In this document: in pieces, positions 58,810 to 64,000 of the stretch
Numbering within the stretch: the first letter of the stretch is position 1
Layout of the letters: each line of letters starts with the position of its first letter
Source of the DNA: the human T2T-CHM13v2.0 reference genome, Homo sapiens
Direction: 5' to 3' (one strand)
Assembly (NCBI RefSeq): GCF_009914755.1
Contig: NC_060925.1
Length of the DNA: 64,000 nt
Notes under the pieces: generated by a model
What the model was told of the DNA's origin: nothing
Databases searched by the model: none
The model's input: only the letters and a program-made list of their open reading frames with translations
Made by a program: the position numbers and the translations under genes

Positions 58810-60064
58810 AGGCTAATGGCCTTTCCCCCTGCTGTGGTAGAGATTTCATCATCCCAAATGGAAGATGTGCCAGCCCTATGGAACAGAGCCGAGATGAAAA
58901 GGGCCACCTTCTCCCCACCAGCGCACCCTCAGCTGGCTTTCAGCTCACCCTCGGCTCCCCCTCTGCTAGCCCTGCACAGCTCTGCCCCACTTCCCAGTTT
59001 GTCTCTGACAGCTCTTCACTTTGCCTGTGCATCTAAGGCAACTGACAGACTAAGCAATGGTTTTGTTTATTGAGGGTGTGGTGTCAGGGTCATCAAGCTG
59101 CTGTTGACTTTAATTAGCAATCCTCCAGGCTGTGAAACTTCATTACCTGAAGCTAGTGACAGTACAAAGTTGTAAGAATCTTTGGAACACATCCAGTCTA
59201 GTCTAGAAAACACCAGAGGAGCCACTGTGACCATCCCTAAGGGTTTTCTGAAGTTGTTGATTGAGATAGTGACCCTGGTGGTGAATGGTCCCACTTCTAC
59301 TTCCTCCACCAACCCACAGTCCTGTGATCATGAAGCACTTTGCATATACACTGTAGGATTTCAACACATAATACAACTTCGTGGCCTGGAAACAATTAAT
59401 TTGATGTCTCAATTGGTTTAAAGTTTTGTCTGATCCGATTATTTGGTTGTGCCCAGTTCCTCTTGACTAAAAGTGCTTGGTCTCCCAGATGCATGTTCTC
59501 CCCTCAGCCCCTTTCCCTCCCTAAGATGGTATGTGGAGCAGGGGTGAGGCTTATGTACGTCTTGTGTGGTAGGGAAGAGCTGTGATGCTTAAAGGGGCTG
59601 TGGTTTTGGCGGGGAGATCGCCAGTCTACCTGGGACCTTCTCACCCTGCTAGCATTTGCAGTGTTAGCCTACGGCTGTGTAATTTATGAATTGGCCTCTG
59701 TACCTGGCTAGAGCCCTGCCTGCTGGGACTATATCCATTCTGAAGTCTAGCTGTGACTCCCACTGGTCTGAACATGAGCATCCACTATAGCCCTACAGAT
59801 CCACCTCTTCCCTCCTACTGTGACCTCTGGGCAGCCACTTCTCTGAAGACTCCATCAGTCACTGGGGTCTTGCAAGACCCCAGTGGAACTGAAGAAGGCC
59901 CAGCTGAGCTCACCTGACCATCCTGTGTGGCCCCAGTGACTTTGAGATGGTGGCATCCCAGGTTGGTACAGGAAAGCCTATGAGGATGGGAGGAACATCG
60001 ACCCCTTCCTACAGTCCCTCAGAGTAGAAAGGAGGGCTTTTCTTTAATCTTCCTTTGGTCATTT

Positions 60065-60457
60065 TGTTAGTTTCCTGTGACTGAACAAGTACCACTAACT
60101 GGGTATCCTGCACATCAGAAATTTATTATCTCACAGTTCTGGAGGCTGGAAGTCCAAGATGAAGGTGTTGGCAGGGTTGGTTCCTTCTAAGGGCTCTAAG
60201 GAAAGATCTGTTCCAGGCCTCTTTCCTTGGCTTGTAGATCTTTATGTTCATGTGGCGTTCTCCTAGATGGCTGCTGTGTCCAAATCTCCCCTTTTTGTAA
60301 CAACACAAGTCATATGGATTAGGGACCACTCTAATGACCTCATTTTAACTTGATTACCTCTTTAAGGTCCTATCTCCAAAGAAGGTCACATTCTGAGGTA
60401 TGGGGGGTTAGGACTTCAATCTATGAATCTTGGGTGGACAGAATTCAACTCATGACA
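60065..60457 (-). mobile_element. MLT1-family LTR
   Basis: cagaaatttattatctcacagttctggaggctggaagtccaagat...gggggttaggacttcaa. Confidence 0.8.
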
Positions 60458-61192
60458 GTTAAATTCCACTGCTCTCATACAATTCAGGTTGTAGAGTTAT
60501 CCCCACCGTGTAGCTGTCATGAGCAAATGGGTTACCTTCTCTTCATTATGGAGATAACTCTGTAACCCGAATCATCCAGGCTTGATGGATAATGTGCCCA
60601 GAAGAGGAGAGGTGTTTAGAACATCCCTTATTAAAGCTGTAGCCTAGTTGCAAGACCATTGCCTTTGTACTTAATCCTACTATATAGGTCAAAACCTGAA
60701 TATTAATTAAGTCTTTCTCTTTGCGTTTTTTTTCTGTGACATTCTTAATCTTCCCCCAGTCACCACCCCCTTCCCTCAACCTGTGCCTGCCCCCAGGCAA
60801 ATGGTTGCTCACAACCAACTAGGAAAAAGTCATGCAATTAGAAAGGCAAAACACAAAACTTAGATGAATTACGCATGAGTTGAAAGGACTTTTAGGCATT
60901 GATGCAGAGATCTAACAACATTCCCATTGTTTTATGTTTCTGGTTTTATTTTAAAAACAACATTGCACCATTGAAAGAAAACTGTTACTCATATATCTAC
61001 TATTCTAATACAAGTAATTTCATTTTTCTATAATGCCTTCTTGGCAGGCCCATAGACATAAATGTTTCTGTGAAATTGTAAGCATGGTGCACATACCAAT
61101 GATATCTTCTGACTCCTTTACCCAACAATATATCACAGTTGTTGTCCCTGCAACTAACATTATTGATGCGATCATTTTTAATATTTGCATAA

Positions 61193-61784
<592 letters not shown>

Positions 61785-64000
61785 TTCCTGCCTTCTTATA
61801 TTAATAAGAAAAATAAAACAAAATAGTGTTGAAGTGTTGGGGCAGCGAAAATTTTTGGGGGGTGGTATGGAGAGAGAATGGGCGATGTTTCTCAGGGCTG
61901 CTTCGAGCGGGATTAGGGGCGGCGTGGGAACCTAGAGTGGGAGAGATTAAGCTGAAGGGAGATCTTGTGGTAAGGGGTGATATTGTGGGGATGTTTGAAG
62001 AAACATTTGTCATATAGAATTATTGGTGATGGCCTGGATACGGTTTTGGATGAATTGAGAAACTAAATGGAATAAGAGAAGGAGAAAAACAGGTATAAAA
62101 GATTTAAGAATTGGGAGGACCTAGGACATCTGATTAGAGAGTGCCTAAGGAGATTCAGCATAGTCCTGCCAGCAAAGATTATTCACTTCAAGAGTTTAGA
62201 GTGGCAGTTTGGGGATAGCACCAGGAGATACCAGCTGTGATGGCTTGGAGAAACAGTGTAAACCGGCAGTGTAAACAAGAGCAGGGCATGTATGAGTAGT
62301 TGAGAATGGTGAATAGAAGTATGACTAGGCAGAAGATAGTAGGGATGACAAGTTTTTTTGGGGCACAGTCTAAGTTGGTCTGGTGTCTGGAATGAGACTG
62401 GGGCCTAATAAAAAGGAACGTCTATACAGGAGCTCAAATGGGCTGTACCCTGTAGCATTCTGAGAACAGGTCTGACTTCTGAGAAGGGAAAGTGGTAAAA
62501 GTATTGTCCAGTCCTTTTTAAGTTGGTGGCTGAGCTTGGTGAGGTGTGCTTTTAATAGACCATTAGTCTGTCACTGAATACTAAGAGCCTGAAAAAATGC
62601 TTGGCTGATTTGACTAATAAAGGCTGGTCTGTTATCAGACTGTATAGAGGTGGGAAGGCTAAACTGAGGAATTATGTCTGACAGAAGGGAAGAAATGACT
62701 GCGGTGACCTTCTCAGACCCTGTAGGAAAGGCCTCTACCTATCTAGTGAAAGTGTCTACTTAGACTAAGAGGTATTTTAGTTTTTGTGACTCGGGGCATG
62801 TTGAGTAAAGCTAATTTGCCAGTCCTGGGCGGGGGTAAATCCTTGAGCTCGATGTGTAGGGAAGGGAGGGGGCCTGAATAATCCCTGAGGAGTAGTAGAA
62901 TAGCAGATGGAACAGTGAGAATTTATTTCCTTGAGGATAGATTTCTACGATGGAAAGGAAATGAAAGGTTCTAAGAGGCGGGCTAGTGGCTTGTACTATA
63001 GCATAGCCTGCCTTTGCTGGTGTGTGGCGATTAGGCCTGGTGGAACTGCCATCAATAAATCAAGAGTGATCAGGGTGAGAAACAGGGAAGAAGGAAATGT
63101 GGGGAAATATGATGAACGTCAGGTGGATCAGAGAGATGCAGTCATGGGGGTCAGGTGTGGTATCTGGAATAATGTGGGAGGCTGGATTGAAGTCTGGGCC
63201 AGGAACAATGGTAATTGTGGGACTTAGCAAAGAGTGAGTACAGCTGAAGGAGCCGGGGAGCAGAAAGTATATGCGTCAGGTATGACGAAGAAAATAGATT
63301 TTGGAAGTTATGAGAAATGTAGAGAGTGAGTTGAGCATAGTTTGTGATTTTTAGGGCCTCTAAAAGTATTAAAGCAGTGGCAGCCACTGCACGCAGACAT
63401 GAGGGCTAGGCTAAAACAGTAAGGTCAAGTTGTTTGGACAGAAAGGCTACAGGGTGCGGTCCTGGCTCTTGTGTAAGAATTCTGACTGCACTAACTATGC
63501 CTAGGAAGGAAAAGAGTTGTTGTTTTGTAAAGGATTGAGGTTTGGGAGATTAATCAGACATGATCAGCAGGGAGAGCATGTGTGTTTTTATGAGAATATG
63601 CCAAGATAGGTAACAGATGAGGATAAAACTTGGGCTTGACTGAAGTAATGGGGGCTGTCTGTGAAGCCTTGCGGCAGTACAGCCCAGGTAATTTGCTGAG
63701 CCTGATGGGTGTCAGGGTCAGTCTAAGTGAAAGCAAAGAGAGGCTGGGATGAAGGGTGCAAAGGAATAGTAAAGAAAGCATGTTTGAGATCCAGAACAGA
63801 ATAATGGGTAGTAGAGGGAGGTATTGAGGATAGGAGAGTATATGGGTTTGGCACCACAGGGTGGATAGGCAAAACAATTTGGTTGATAAGGCGCAGATTC
63901 TGAACTAACTTGTAAGGCTTGTCTAGTTTTAGGACAGGTAAAATGGGGGAATGGTAAGGAGAGTTTATAGGCTTTAAAAGGCCATGCTATAGCAGGCGAG
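61785..64000 (-). mobile_element. HERV-H internal sequence (disrupted pol: RT end, RNase H, integrase; env largely absent), continuing beyond the window
   Basis: Minus-strand fragments ATALILLEALKITNYAQLTLY (ORF 63151..63387), IDGSS (~63040) and GYSPFELLY (~62430); multiple stops and frameshifts. Confidence 0.88.

Overview
Human (primate) genomic DNA. It carries the 3' third of MTR (cobalamin-dependent methionine synthase, chr1q43) on the + strand: 11 GT-AG coding exons (2816-26686) that splice in frame to the C-terminal part of the cobalamin-binding domain and the whole AdoMet-binding reactivation domain, ending ...LGYDTD*. The exon numbers 23-33 and the c. positions are from my memory of the reference cDNA; they agree internally (D919 codon at 14239-14241, P1173 at 24509-24511, stop at c.3798). 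A 3-6 kb 3'UTR with alternative poly(A) signals follows. The remaining ~31 kb is repeat-dense intergenic DNA (Alu, L1, L2, MIR, MaLR/ERVL LTRs, DNA transposons), ending in the 3' end of a minus-strand HERV-H provirus (LTR7 plus pol remnants). I see no new protein-coding gene or multi-gene system. The most interesting unexplained structures are: a perfect 24-bp hairpin that buries a consensus splice donor of a candidate poison exon in intron 25; head-to-head Alus 41 bp apart whose target-site duplications look swapped (a micro-inversion); a T10-A14-TAG splice acceptor; a four-copy AATAAA-plus-donor minisatellite in intron 24; and two local templated duplications inside old L1 fragments. Repeat subfamily names come from pattern recognition, not RepeatMasker, and boundaries of old repeats are approximate.
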